Assembly (NCBI GenBank): GCA_963811105.1
Contig: CAWEPZ010000002.1
Location: 256,001-320,000 of the forward strand
Direction of reading: 5' to 3'
DNA: 64,000 nt
Origin: Candidatus Bathyarchaeota archaeon
GTDB taxonomy: Archaea; Thermoproteota; Bathyarchaeia; Bathyarchaeales; Bathycorpusculaceae
The translations under genes and the position numbers were made by a program. Of this stretch, positions 31,641 through 41,132 are shown in pieces. The notes under the pieces were generated by a model. It saw only the letters and a list, made by a program, of their open reading frames with translations, searched no databases and was not told where the DNA came from. Each line of letters starts with the position of its first letter. Position 1 is the first letter of the stretch.

Positions 31641-32833
31641 AGCTAAGCGACTATCCTGTTGACGGCAAATATGGAAAATTCGGCGGTCGCTTCGTTCCAG
31701 AAATCCTAATGGCGGCGATTAAAGAACTTGAAGAAGCTTATGCGCAAGCCCGGAAAGACTCCACTTTCCAGAAAGAACTCGATTATTACCTCTCAGAGTT
31801 TGTTGGTAGACCAACTCCTCTTTATTTTGCTGAAAACTTGACGCGGAAGTTAGGCGGCGCCAAAATTTACCTTAAGCGTGAAGATTTAGCCCATGGTGGA
31901 GCGCACAAAATAAACAACACCATCGGGCAGGCGCTGTTGGCTAAGCGGATGGGCAAAATTCGAGTTATCGCTGAGACAGGAGCAGGGCAACACGGCGTTG
32001 CTACAGCAATAGCGTGCGCTGCTCTGGGTTTGAAAGCTGAAGTATACATGGGCACAGAAGATTGCGAGCGTCAGAGGCTTAACGTTTTCCGAATGAAACT
32101 TCTAAACGCGAAGGTGCACCCCGTGGAGACGGGCTCAAAAACGCTAAAGGACTCCATAAACGAAGCCTTCCGCGATTGGGTTACAAATTTACAAGACACA
32201 TATTATTTAATCGGCTCAGTTGTGGGTCCGCATCCTTATCCTATGATTGTCAGAGATTTCCAAAGCGTAATCGGCAAAGAACTCAAAGAACAATTCCACA
32301 AAAAAGAAAACCGACTTCCCGATGCTCTGGTTGCTTGCGTTGGCGGCGGAAGTAACGCCATAGGCACATTTTACCCCTTCGAAGACGATGCCTCCGTACA
32401 GCTTTTTGGTGTCGAAGCTGCCGGAAAAGGCTTAGAAACAGGAAAACACGCAGCGTCACTTGGCGCAGGAGCCGAAGGCGTCTTCCACGGCATGTTAACC
32501 TATGTCCTCCAAGATAGCAACGGGCAAATACAAAACACAACCAGCATTTCAGCAGGCTTAGACTATCCTGGCGTTGGACCGGAACATTCCCTCCTAAAAA
32601 CGCTCAAAAGAGCAAAATACGTTTCAGCCACAGATAAGGAAGCAGTAGAAGCGTTTCTAACTTTGTCCCGAGAAGAGGGCATTCTTCCTGCCTTAGAATC
32701 TTCACACGCAGTCGCCTACGCCATGAAGTTAGCTCCTCAAATGAAGAAGACCCAATCAATCGTTGTGACGTTATCTGGGCGAGGAGACAAAGACGTAGAA
32801 ACAATCGCAGACTACATAGGGGCAAAAATATGA
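31637..32833 (+). CDS. trpB: Tryptophan synthase beta chain
   Basis: [38 protein letters not shown]. Confidence 0.97.
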   Translation: MKLSDYPVDGKYGKFGGRFVPEILMAAIKELEEAYAQARKDSTFQKELDYYLSEFVGRPTPLYFAENLTRKLGGAKIYLKREDLAHGGAHKINNTIGQALLAKRMGKIRVIAETGAGQHGVATAIACAALGLKAEVYMGTEDCERQRLNVFRMKLLNAKVHPVETGSKTLKDSINEAFRDWVTNLQDTYYLIGSVVGPHPYPMIVRDFQSVIGKELKEQFHKKENRLPDALVACVGGGSNAIGTFYPFEDDASVQLFGVEAAGKGLETGKHAASLGAGAEGVFHGMLTYVLQDSNGQIQNTTSISAGLDYPGVGPEHSLLKTLKRAKYVSATDKEAVEAFLTLSREEGILPALESSHAVAYAMKLAPQMKKTQSIVVTLSGRGDKDVETIADYIGAKI

Positions 32834-33642
32834 GCGATATAAAAGAAGCATTCCAAAAAGCCAAAGCAAAGGGAAACGGAGTTCTTATCGGCTACATTAT
32901 GGCTGGAGACCCAACACCTGAATTGACACCAAAAATCGCTGAAGCCCTAATCCGTGGAGGAGTAGACATTTTGGAGATAGGATTGCCTTTTTCTGACCCG
33001 ATTGCAGATGGACCAACAATTCAAGCTGCGAGCGTACGAGCTTTGGCTGCTGGCACTACTCCCATTAAAGTGTTGGAAATCGCTAAGGAAATAAGACAAA
33101 GCCATAACGTTCCAATTGTAATAATGACATATTATAATCCAGTGTTCAGAATGGGGCTTGAAAAATTTTTCAGCTATACCAAAGAATACCTGGTTAACGG
33201 AGTCATTGTTCCTGATTTACCCGTAGAAGAAGCTGACGATCTTAGGAAAGCGGCAAGCAAGTCTGGAGTGGACACGATTTTTTTAGCCGCACCTTCTACC
33301 ACCAATGAGCGACTTGCAAGCATAATTGAGTCTTCTTCAGGATTCTTGTATCTGGTTTCGCATTTCGGAGTAACAGGAGCAAAAGCAGCAATAGAGGATT
33401 CAACAATCGAGCTTGTTAAGCGTGTTTTGCCTTTCACCTCTGCCAAGATACCTCTAGCAGTTGGGTTTGGAGTCTCAAAGCCTGAACACGTAAAGCGTAT
33501 CATTGCGGCAGGGGCTGATGGGGTAATTGTCGGAAGCGTTTTTGTTAACCTCATTCAAACACGTCAGGAAAACATTGACGCTCTCCTAAAAGAGTTGCAA
33601 GCGGCAGCATCTGATCTAAAAAAGGCAACAAGAAACTATTGA
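32830..33642 (+). CDS. trpA: Tryptophan synthase alpha chain
   Basis: [33 protein letters not shown]. Confidence 0.97.
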   Translation: MSDIKEAFQKAKAKGNGVLIGYIMAGDPTPELTPKIAEALIRGGVDILEIGLPFSDPIADGPTIQAASVRALAAGTTPIKVLEIAKEIRQSHNVPIVIMTYYNPVFRMGLEKFFSYTKEYLVNGVIVPDLPVEEADDLRKAASKSGVDTIFLAAPSTTNERLASIIESSSGFLYLVSHFGVTGAKAAIEDSTIELVKRVLPFTSAKIPLAVGFGVSKPEHVKRIIAAGADGVIVGSVFVNLIQTRQENIDALLKELQAAASDLKKATRNY

Positions 33643-33746
33643 ACGCCTGGTCGATCCGATCAAATAATAAATCTTTGCCCGATTTTACTTAAAAAAACGA
33701 AATGAGCTTCATAAAAAAGGGGAAGCTGTGGCAGACGTTTTCAGTT

Positions 33747-34094
33747 TTAGATCCCAAGCCCTATTACTGCGATTCCCACCAATGCGAGTATTGCTACGAT
33801 TATTATGAAGATTATCACTGCCACTACTGCTATTGCGAACGCCATCAACCAGCCACAGTCAAAGAAGTGCTTAATCAGTGCAAGCCAAATTATGAACATA
33901 AGCACAGCTGCTATTAAACCGCCGAGGAAAACACCAACGATCGCGCCAATAACGACCCCCAGAACAACTATCCAGATAGCATCTGTGAACTTTGCTTTCT
34001 GTTTGCCTACAAGTGCTCTTCCAACAAGCCACAGTATGGGTGCAACAAAGATTACGGCTACGACGACGCTTATCAATAATCCAACTAAATCCAT
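33747..34094 (-). CDS. Small multi-pass membrane protein
   Basis: 115-aa strongly hydrophobic ORF with KHFFDCGW loop. Confidence 0.7.
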   Translation of the reverse strand: MDLVGLLISVVVAVIFVAPILWLVGRALVGKQKAKFTDAIWIVVLGVVIGAIVGVFLGGLIAAVLMFIIWLALIKHFFDCGWLMAFAIAVVAVIIFIIIVAILALVGIAVIGLGI

Positions 34095-34297
34095 ATCGTC
34101 ATTCCCACTTTCTTATGAAGAAGCGGGATTTATAAATTGGTTTGGTTGGATTAAAATTATATTAATTGGGTAGGGCACTTTTTTGCTTAATTGTTTACTG
34201 AATACTACTTGTGCAGTTTTTTGGCCTATTATCGCTGGTAAAATGGATCAAAAATTTCATACACAACATATAACCAAACCGTAATCATTGAGAACCC

Positions 34298-34897
34298 TCA
34301 ATCTTGAACTCCAAAAGTTACGTAACCAAGTGATATCGTATCCTTCGTAACTTGCGGAAAGTCAGCCACGATGCTTCCATCAAGTTTGACCCAGATTTCA
34401 TGCCAAGTGAACCTAGATATTTCGACTATAAAGTTTGAGGTTGAGTCCGGTTTGTTGTAGATGCTTATTACGGCTTCCCATTCACCGTTTGCTCCCTGTC
34501 AGCTCCAGAAGCAGAGGTACTCCATGCTTTTTTGGTAATAGTCGCCACTTGTACTGTTTCGGATTGAAATCCACTGCAATGTCGAGTCGCCAGTAAAGGC
34601 GGGATCTGCGTTGAACACTGTTAAAGGTTTTTGATCTTTTCAAAAGTTTGCAATTCTTGGGCAGTAAACTTGACCGTACCGGCTCCAAGATTTATCGGTT
34701 CATTACTTTCGGAAAGGCCATCGGAATAACCCTTATTATAACCTGTATTTTTACCAACCGGCACTGAATCCATTCTGATAACCCATATCATACTTTGCTC
34801 CGTTATTTGTATGAGCCAAAATCCAAACTGAAATATATCCACCAGTTATAATAACCATTAAAAACAAAGCAATTACAGCTGTTTGCTTCTTCAACAA
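34298..34897 (-). pseudogene. Decayed membrane-anchored exported protein gene
   Basis: MLKKQTAVIALFLMVII (TM), GYQNG/GYNKG/GYSDG repeats, apparent 4-bp TGGT duplication, further frameshift and in-frame TGA; coding-like tail ...WEAVISIYNKP...LGYVTFGVQD. Confidence 0.55.
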
Positions 34898-35073
34898 GAA
34901 CTCTCTGGTTTAAAGAGCATTGGATTCAAATATAACAATTACCAACCATGGTCTACAAAATCTGGGTAAATGGCTATAATTAGGCTTATTTAGTTAAATA
35001 GCAGATAAATTAGCTTGAATTATGAAAAAACGTTAAAATGCCTGAGCCAGGAGTCTCCATTCTAACTTGATTG

Positions 35074-35283
35074 TCATTTTTGTTTCTTTGGTTTTCTTTC
35101 CCAAAACATGAGCCTTGAGCCTATGATCAATAACAATGCACCAACCAAAATTAACAAAACGACGTTAGTCATATGATTGTAATAATAATTTAAATTGTTG
35201 GTGAATTCCTCATAGAACAGGATGGTGATTAGTGCCAAACCAAATACAAAAAGAATCACAGCCAATAATCTTAATCGTCTCAT
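35074..35283 (-). CDS. Small two-TM membrane protein
   Basis: 69-aa ORF, two hydrophobic helices, basic tail. Confidence 0.6.
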   Translation of the reverse strand: MRRLRLLAVILFVFGLALITILFYEEFTNNLNYYYNHMTNVVLLILVGALLLIIGSRLMFWERKPKKQK

Positions 35284-35547
35284 AAAGACGCCACTGTTTT
35301 CTCATGTTTGACCGTGCTTAAAAAGATTTTACTTACTGTCTACTCGAGGTCAAATACAAAAAAGCATCTTGAATAATATTGGATGTAAGGTCTGGTGAAA
35401 TAGGGAAGAGAGTTTAAAGAAAGCTTTGCTTAGTTGTTAATCTATTTTTTCTCAAATTGAATAAAGAAATAACCAGGCGACATCATTCTTATATCATGCT
35501 AGATATCTCTCGTTAATCTTTTTTTCCAAAAGTACAGATTCGCTATT

Positions 35548-35819
35548 CTATGCATGTTGAATAATAATGTCTAAAAAGTACCTTGCAGGATTTTCTGTTT
35601 TGCCACGTGCCATGAACAGCACTGCTTTTGGAATGAATATGCACCCGTCTTTACCTATTCGTCCATAGAAGAACTCGTGACTACCCCCAAACCCACCTAT
35701 TCCAATACGCAGAAATTTGATCTGGCCAACTTGAACTACCCCTGAATAATCTTTGGAATCTGCACTTTATTGCATGCCTCAAGAGGCCGCCTAAACGCAA
35801 CTGATCCAGTTAAAAGCAT
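35548..35819 (-). pseudogene. Pseudogene of a tandem AbrB/SpoVT-like (swapped-hairpin) DNA-binding protein
   Basis: MLLTGSVAFRRPLEACNKVQIPKIIQG* (TAG at 35736-35738), frameshift, then EFFYGRIGKDGCIFIPK; two AbrB-like IPK motifs. Confidence 0.6.
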
Positions 35820-35830
35820 ACTCACGCATC

Positions 35831-35893
35831 ACTTTCATTGACTTATTTTGACTTTTCCGGACTTATTTCAACTTTTCTTGACTTTTTTTGACT
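35831..35893. repeat. Tandem array of six 10-bp units (consensus ACTT[T/A]TTTTG)
   Basis: actttcattg acttattttg acttttccgg acttatttca acttttcttg actttttttg act. Confidence 0.85.
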
Positions 35894-36027
35894 CAACCAA
35901 CAAACCTTTCAAACCCTAAATCAAGAAAGCAACCTAAAACGCAAAGAAAAAATTACGCGAGAATAAAAAAGAAAACACAACCTACACCTGCGAAAGTTTT
36001 AAAGACTGTTCTGTGCCTTTAAGTCTC

Positions 36028-36346
36028 GGCGGTGGATCTTAGGCGGTGGGGTAGGGGTCCATTGTACCGTAAACCCTCTATACGACGGGCCGACATCTGC
36101 GGATGAGGCGCCGAAGGCCGTTTGGATCTTCATTTCCGAAACATTGACTATCCGTCCTTTGGGGCTGGCGGTCAATGGGCAGCTTCCGTAGGGGAGTTGT
36201 TTCATTGTTCACCAGGCGAACCCGGCTAGGCTCGGGAGAGAGCAACCTAAGTTTGGACGTTATGCGCTCAAGGGGGTGCGGGTAAGAGCGTAGGGTTTGA
36301 GGTTTCCAGGCGGAGTCTGGGCGTCAAACCGCAGTGGTCCACCGCT
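36028..36346 (+). ncRNA. ffs: Archaeal signal recognition particle (7S) RNA
   Basis: Terminal helix GGCGGTGGATC/GGTCCACCGCT, Alu-domain TGTA, helix 6 with GTAG loop, helix 8 TAGG-CTC-GGGA-GAG-AGCAA; TTTTAAA box ~25 nt upstream. Confidence 0.92.
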
Positions 36347-36360
36347 ACTGCTTTGGTTGT

Positions 36361-36900
36361 TTACTTTGATTCATCTACACTTTTCTTATAAAGAGCTTTA
36401 TCGATTACTCTTGCATCCAGGTTTTGTTTGGCAGCAGTTTTCCTAATAGCCTCCAGCAGTTTTAGGTAATTCTGAGCCGAGTACATGTTAGGTGGCGGAT
36501 TTCCAAGCAGCCCCTTCCAAACAGCAAGGTCCAGGATGCAGTATTTTTTGGGATCAAAAAACGTTAAAATCACACTCGCTAACACAGGGCTGACTCCTTC
36601 CAGCAGCGTAAGGCAGTTCATTCGGTAAGCATCCTCACAAGAAGGAATATTCAACGCTTGGCTAGAAAGCCGAATCACATTTGCCTCATCATTTCGAGCA
36701 ACCAATCCCAAAGCCCGCGTCTTCTTCTCAGGTTCATCTCTGAACTTCCACTCAACAACCTGAGCTAAATCACCACAAGTCAACGTTTTTGTCTTTCGAA
36801 ATTTAGCACCTAACTCCCGTTCCCTCTGTGCTTGCCAACCGAAACTTTTATCGTATTTGCGGCTCCATATCAAGAAAGCAGCTTTGTCCAAGCAATTCAC
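36361..36900 (-). CDS. Hypothetical protein, HhH DNA glycosylase-like
   Basis: VVEWK, LEGVSPVLASVIL..FDP...ILD resembles an HhH-GPD-like motif. Confidence 0.6.
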   Translation of the reverse strand: MNCLDKAAFLIWSRKYDKSFGWQAQRERELGAKFRKTKTLTCGDLAQVVEWKFRDEPEKKTRALGLVARNDEANVIRLSSQALNIPSCEDAYRMNCLTLLEGVSPVLASVILTFFDPKKYCILDLAVWKGLLGNPPPNMYSAQNYLKLLEAIRKTAAKQNLDARVIDKALYKKSVDESK

Positions 36901-36983
36901 CTGCAGCGAAATAATTGAGAAATTGCTTGAATTTCTGCCTTTTGCCTAAAACAGTCAAAAACAAATAAAGAAAAAGTTGAAGG

Positions 36984-37109
36984 TTAATTTTGGTCTACTA
37001 GATGGGCTGTTCCGTCTGGGCAGTATACTTTTTCGTCTTTGTTTACGCGTCTGTATCGTTCACTGCACATTTGCAGGAGCGTGCAGCCGTCGCAGTCTCT
37101 ACTCAGCAT
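36984..37109 (-). CDS. Cys-rich microprotein (41 aa), probable zinc binder
   Basis: MLSRDCDGCTLLQMCSERYRRVNKDEKVYCPDGTAHLVDQN; AGGAGG RBS and TTATAA box upstream. Confidence 0.75.
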   Translation of the reverse strand: MLSRDCDGCTLLQMCSERYRRVNKDEKVYCPDGTAHLVDQN

Positions 37110-37195
37110 TTCTTCGCCTCCTTAGGGCTTTTCAGAATGCTCGGAATTATCTTATAAGGCTATGTAACATGCATATATATACACAGGCAAGCGAA

Positions 37196-37302
37196 TTAGC
37201 CACGTTTCTTGCTTATGATGCAGGTTTTGTAAGCGATGCAGTCTTCCGAGCAGTACATGGCTGTTTGAGTTTTTGGCAATCCAACACTATTGTGCGGTTC
37301 AA
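37196..37302 (-). CDS. Cys-rich microprotein (~35 aa), apparently missing one A in a homopolymer
   Basis: GAGGTGA RBS plus TTG; restoring one A gives MNRTIVLDCQKLKTAMYCSEDCIAYKTCIISKKRG; span is 3n-1. Confidence 0.45.
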
Positions 37303-37783
37303 GCTTTAGTCACCTCGCCAAATGATGATGCTCTTAACGCTTGTTGAAGAGGGGAAAGGGTGTCCCTCAGGAACATTAATGGCTAGGCAAACAAGCCTAA
37401 ACAAGCCAATATGGGGATAGCTAAATTCAAACACGGCATTTCCATCCAGTTTCTGCTCTGCTCTGAAAGCCAAAGTGTTAATTTGAGATATAAAGCGATT
37501 TGAGAAGTGTTCATATTTATTAAGAAAGACCGTGCAAACTACATAAAATTTCGTACGATGTGTCTGTAGTCTATTGTGAAATCGTGAAAAAGTGGACAAA
37601 ACAATAACTGGCTACTATTAACTGATGTTTTCATTGTTGTTACAGTTGTACATTCACACACAAAACACAAGAGGGACAAGTTTTAATTTGAATTGCGTGC
37701 AGTTAAGACTTCAATGTCAAGGATTTTGTTTTTCTGTGATTGTTTTTTTTGACCGCTCTGATATTCAGTTTGGTAAATGCTAA

Positions 37784-38068
37784 ACTTACTTTCTTAATAG
37801 GTCTGAATAATAGTTTGCCCTCAACTTAGCGTAATAGCTGGTAACCGAAAAGTGTCGCTGCAAAATAAGTCGGCCACAAAATCAACGGCCGTTCGCCAGG
37901 AGTACAATGCCACAGATTTGTGGATCCGAGTAGAATTGCACGAGCCCCAAAGCAAACATGCCGCTAAGACTCAGAAACACTTGCTCTTTTGCCTCCGCCG
38001 TTCAGCTCCATTACGACGGATAATAAGCGACAACGCCCAAGAAGCTAGAAAGCCGAAGAAAAGCAAGT
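37784..38068 (-). ncRNA. Candidate structured ncRNA B (~285 nt), unknown family
   Basis: Nested helices 38056-38068/37784-37795, 38042-38053/37817-37827 and 38026-38032/37853-37859 enclose four hairpins; many G-U pairs form only on the minus strand. Confidence 0.62.
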
Positions 38069-38147
38069 GCCACTTGAGTTATAGTCGAATATTATGTTCG
38101 TGCTCAGCTTCCGCAGAGCGCAGGGTATAAACGATTTGATTAAGGGA

Positions 38148-38795
38148 CTATTTTTTCTGGTGGTTTCTCTGAGGTCTATGAGTAGACCAGCATTTTTGAC
38201 AATAAATAGGTCGATCTTGGCGTGGCTGGAACGGCACTTGGCATTCGCAGCCGCAGTCACTGCAAACTGCTTTGTAAACGAGTTCAGGGTGAAACGACTT
38301 AAACAAATGGTAATTCCTAAGGCGTGGCCACCCTGTTTTAGCATAACGTAGCATTTCAGGTTTATCTTTTAACCAACGCATCATATGAAAGAAGCTTTTG
38401 CCTCTTTTTTCTTCCCTTTGAGCTAACGGTTCGTAACCTAGATTGCGGATTTCATCTAGGTAAGCAATTTCCACTAATCTTTGCGCTTCGCCCACAACTC
38501 TTATACGTTTAACTCGATCTTCACCATAAATTTTACGTAGTTCCTCAGCGGCTACATCAAAAATACAGCCTTGACAAATATGAACCGCCTCGTCAGCTCT
38601 TAGGCTAAACAACGCAACAAGCTTAGATACGACACGAGAAGATTCTTGCAGGTACTCTTTTTCCCGAAAGTTTTCTTGATAGAACTTTACATCGATAAGG
38701 TCATATTTGAATTCGCCTGTTTCCTCACGGTATGCGCCGACTACAACGCCAAAAAGCAAGTCGCCGCTGCCTGCATCGTCAACGATAACTGTCAA
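38148..38795 (-). CDS. Divergent RNase HII-like protein with C-terminal CxxC-x17-CxxC zinc domain
   Basis: VDDAGSGDLLFGVVVG resembles the RNase HII VDEAGRG-P-VV motif; C-terminal CSDC-x17-CQKC. Confidence 0.7.
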   Translation of the reverse strand: MTVIVDDAGSGDLLFGVVVGAYREETGEFKYDLIDVKFYQENFREKEYLQESSRVVSKLVALFSLRADEAVHICQGCIFDVAAEELRKIYGEDRVKRIRVVGEAQRLVEIAYLDEIRNLGYEPLAQREEKRGKSFFHMMRWLKDKPEMLRYAKTGWPRLRNYHLFKSFHPELVYKAVCSDCGCECQVPFQPRQDRPIYCQKCWSTHRPQRNHQKK

Positions 38796-38959
38796 AGATT
38801 AGTGCCTCTCTCTTCTTTCAAATGCAATGCTTCATTCTTGTATAAAAATAATGTTCCTAAAAATCAAGAGAGCTAAGGTGTTTGATAGTAAAATTCAACC
38901 AAAAGAAGAAACCGACAAGATTTAGGTCAAATGAATGATTTAGGCTAATTTTCAAGCAG

Positions 38960-39616
38960 TTATTTAACTGATGCCAACGCTAACTCTTGATTAACGCTTT
39001 TATCAGGGCTCTGTAGTATGCTGACAGCTCCTTTCTTTCCAAGTCGAAGTTGTCTTTCGCCTCTGAAAGCTCTCACGTGAGCATTCTTGATTTCAATGTT
39101 TTCGCCAACTGCTATAGAGTTTATTTGTCCTTCCCAAAGGCAAAGCTTGATTTTTCCAGTTTTGTCTCCAACCAAAGCATTAACTACCATGACGGTATTG
39201 CCAAAATGCGTGTGAACCTGCGCTGGCTTAGGCATCTCAAGAACCTCAGCTTTCATATTGATCCGTTTCATACCGGCTCTCAAATTCTCTACCGTAGTAA
39301 GAACCGAGTCGGTATTCTGTTTTGCAATTTTTTTCCGTATTTTGTCGCTTTGCATCCAGCTTTCAAATGGATTATCTTTTCTTAGGAGAAATTCTTCATT
39401 AACTCTGAACTGCGCCACCACATTGTTCTCTTCTTTTATTAAGAAAATAACGCCGCCTTTCACTTTACCACGATATTCAACAGTTAGGTTGCCACAAGTA
39501 GCTTTTTCGTTGTTTCTTGCTGCAATTAGGGCTTGGAAAACTTCGGCGGGGTAAATGCTATGTTTTACTGAAAGAAGAGCAATATACTCGCCTAAGGTTG
39601 ATTTTTTCTGTCTCAA
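38960..39616 (-). CDS. OB-fold (SSB/RPA-like) protein with uncharacterised N-terminal domain
   Basis: VENLRAGMKRIN, VGDKTGKIKLCLWEGQ, QLRLGKKG; OB domain resembles the SSB at 14906. Confidence 0.8.
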   Translation of the reverse strand: MRQKKSTLGEYIALLSVKHSIYPAEVFQALIAARNNEKATCGNLTVEYRGKVKGGVIFLIKEENNVVAQFRVNEEFLLRKDNPFESWMQSDKIRKKIAKQNTDSVLTTVENLRAGMKRINMKAEVLEMPKPAQVHTHFGNTVMVVNALVGDKTGKIKLCLWEGQINSIAVGENIEIKNAHVRAFRGERQLRLGKKGAVSILQSPDKSVNQELALASVK

Positions 39617-39965
39617 ATTCGCTTTCCCACATTAACTAGACAAAAGAGAAAAAGCAAGAATCTATTCATCCTTTTTCTCAATATCTTGAATTAGACATTC
39701 ATATTGGCGGGTTACCTATATTAGTCTGACTGTGAAAAAGCGATTATTACCGTTTGAGTCTATCGGCTTGAAGAGCTTACTAATCAGCCTTTTTTTTGTC
39801 ATTCTACGGATAAACCAAAACTGAAAAATTTTTGCGGGTTGAATAGCAATGATTATTCCGTGTTTAAAGAGCATTCAATTTATAAGCGTGAAGAACAAGT
39901 TAATGGAGTGTTGTGTGAAAACCAATTTTTTGCACAAGAAATGTAGTAGGAGTTGAAATAGCAAA

Positions 39966-40106
39966 ATGTATAACAACCGAGAAATGCACAAGGCAACTTG
40001 CGCTGACTGCGGAAAAGAATGTGACGTTCCTTTCAAGCCAGACGGTACAAGGCCAGTTTATTGCCGTGAGTGCTACGCAAAAAGACGACCACCAAGAAGA
40101 TATTAA
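39966..40106 (+). CDS. Standalone CxxC-x17-CxxC zinc-domain protein (46 aa)
   Basis: MYNNREMHKATCADCGKECDVPFKPDGTRPVYCRECYAKRRPPRRY; AGGAG RBS; missed by the ORF track. Confidence 0.9.
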   Translation: MYNNREMHKATCADCGKECDVPFKPDGTRPVYCRECYAKRRPPRRY

Positions 40107-40426
40107 GCTAATTAGCTGAACATCTTTACAAGTCTTAACTTATTTTTTCTTTTTTTATTTTTTATAATCTTTTTCCTTTAAGGTTAGTCTTATTTTTTTG
40201 GGTTTTCAGTTTAATTGAACCTGTTGGTTCAAGTTTTTCTCTTTTTTTAGAAGAAATGAGGTTAGTTCGGGCTTGCTATTAGAAAAGCTGGTGGATGTGG
40301 TGTTGTGTGTTTGAATTTTGTGAACTTTTTTGTTATTGTGGGAAGAAGACTTGTTTGTCAGCTAGCTATTAGAGTTTTTATAGAAGTGACAAGATTAAAA
40401 GATAATGAAGATTGGAGTTGGAATAA

Positions 40427-40756
40427 TTGACATTTGTTAAAGTTGCGGAAACCTCAGAAATATCACCGGGGCAAATGAAGATGGTAAAGCTTGCCGAAAA
40501 AGAAGTAGTGATAGCCAACTTAAACGACGTCTATTACGCCATGGAAAATAGTTGCACACACATGCACGGCGACCTTTCAAAGGGAATATTGGAGGGAAAT
40601 ACATTAACGTGTCCTAAGCATAAGGCCAAGTTTGACGTCAAAACGGGCAAAGTCGTTTCTGGCCCAAAGATTCCTTTGATGCACCCGAAAATCAAAGATG
40701 CTTTTGTTTATACTGTCAAGATTGAAGGGAATGATATTCTGATCCAATCTCAATAA
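40427..40756 (+). CDS. Rieske [2Fe-2S] ferredoxin
   Basis: CTH...CPKH and FDVKTG. Confidence 0.9.
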   Translation: MTFVKVAETSEISPGQMKMVKLAEKEVVIANLNDVYYAMENSCTHMHGDLSKGILEGNTLTCPKHKAKFDVKTGKVVSGPKIPLMHPKIKDAFVYTVKIEGNDILIQSQ

Positions 40757-41132
40757 AAGTTGCAGGATACCCCAAAGGCTTTCCAAAATCTGGGGGAATA
40801 GAGGGAGAGAGGTCTGTCGGAAAATAGCTTATCATCAGAGCACTGTAGCTTTTCTGCAGTTTCCCATAAGATTCTTAATCATATAATTACTTTAGAAGGG
40901 GTGAAAACTAAAATGGGCAGAACTGCATTTAAGGAATACAAATTCGTTACTGAAATAACAGAGAATTGGATTAAAACAGCTTACCCACAGCAACTAGTAG
41001 ATATTTTTCTCCCTTTATTAACTTGAAAAAATTGTTTGGGTAAGATTTGCAAGACAATAAATAGCGACCAGAGATTATGTTAACGAAATTATTATAATCC
41101 ACCCTCGAATAACAATCAGTAAGGCCACAACT

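Noticed and set aside
35831-35893. CRISPR array
   Set aside because: Units are 10 bp, contiguous and without spacers; no cas genes.
35999-36205. 68-aa minus-strand ORF, and RNase P RNA as an identity for this GC-rich region
   Set aside because: Helix 6 and helix 8 motifs identify SRP RNA on the plus strand.
40215-40232. Inverted repeat TTGAACC-N4-GGTTCAA
   Set aside because: Isolated hairpin in T-rich sequence, probably terminator-associated; no second copy seen.
40815-40870. Hammerhead-like words on the minus strand (GAAA...CUGAUGA)
   Set aside because: Stem I is missing and the cleavage triplet would be GUG; a small K-loop RNA remains possible but evidence is too thin.
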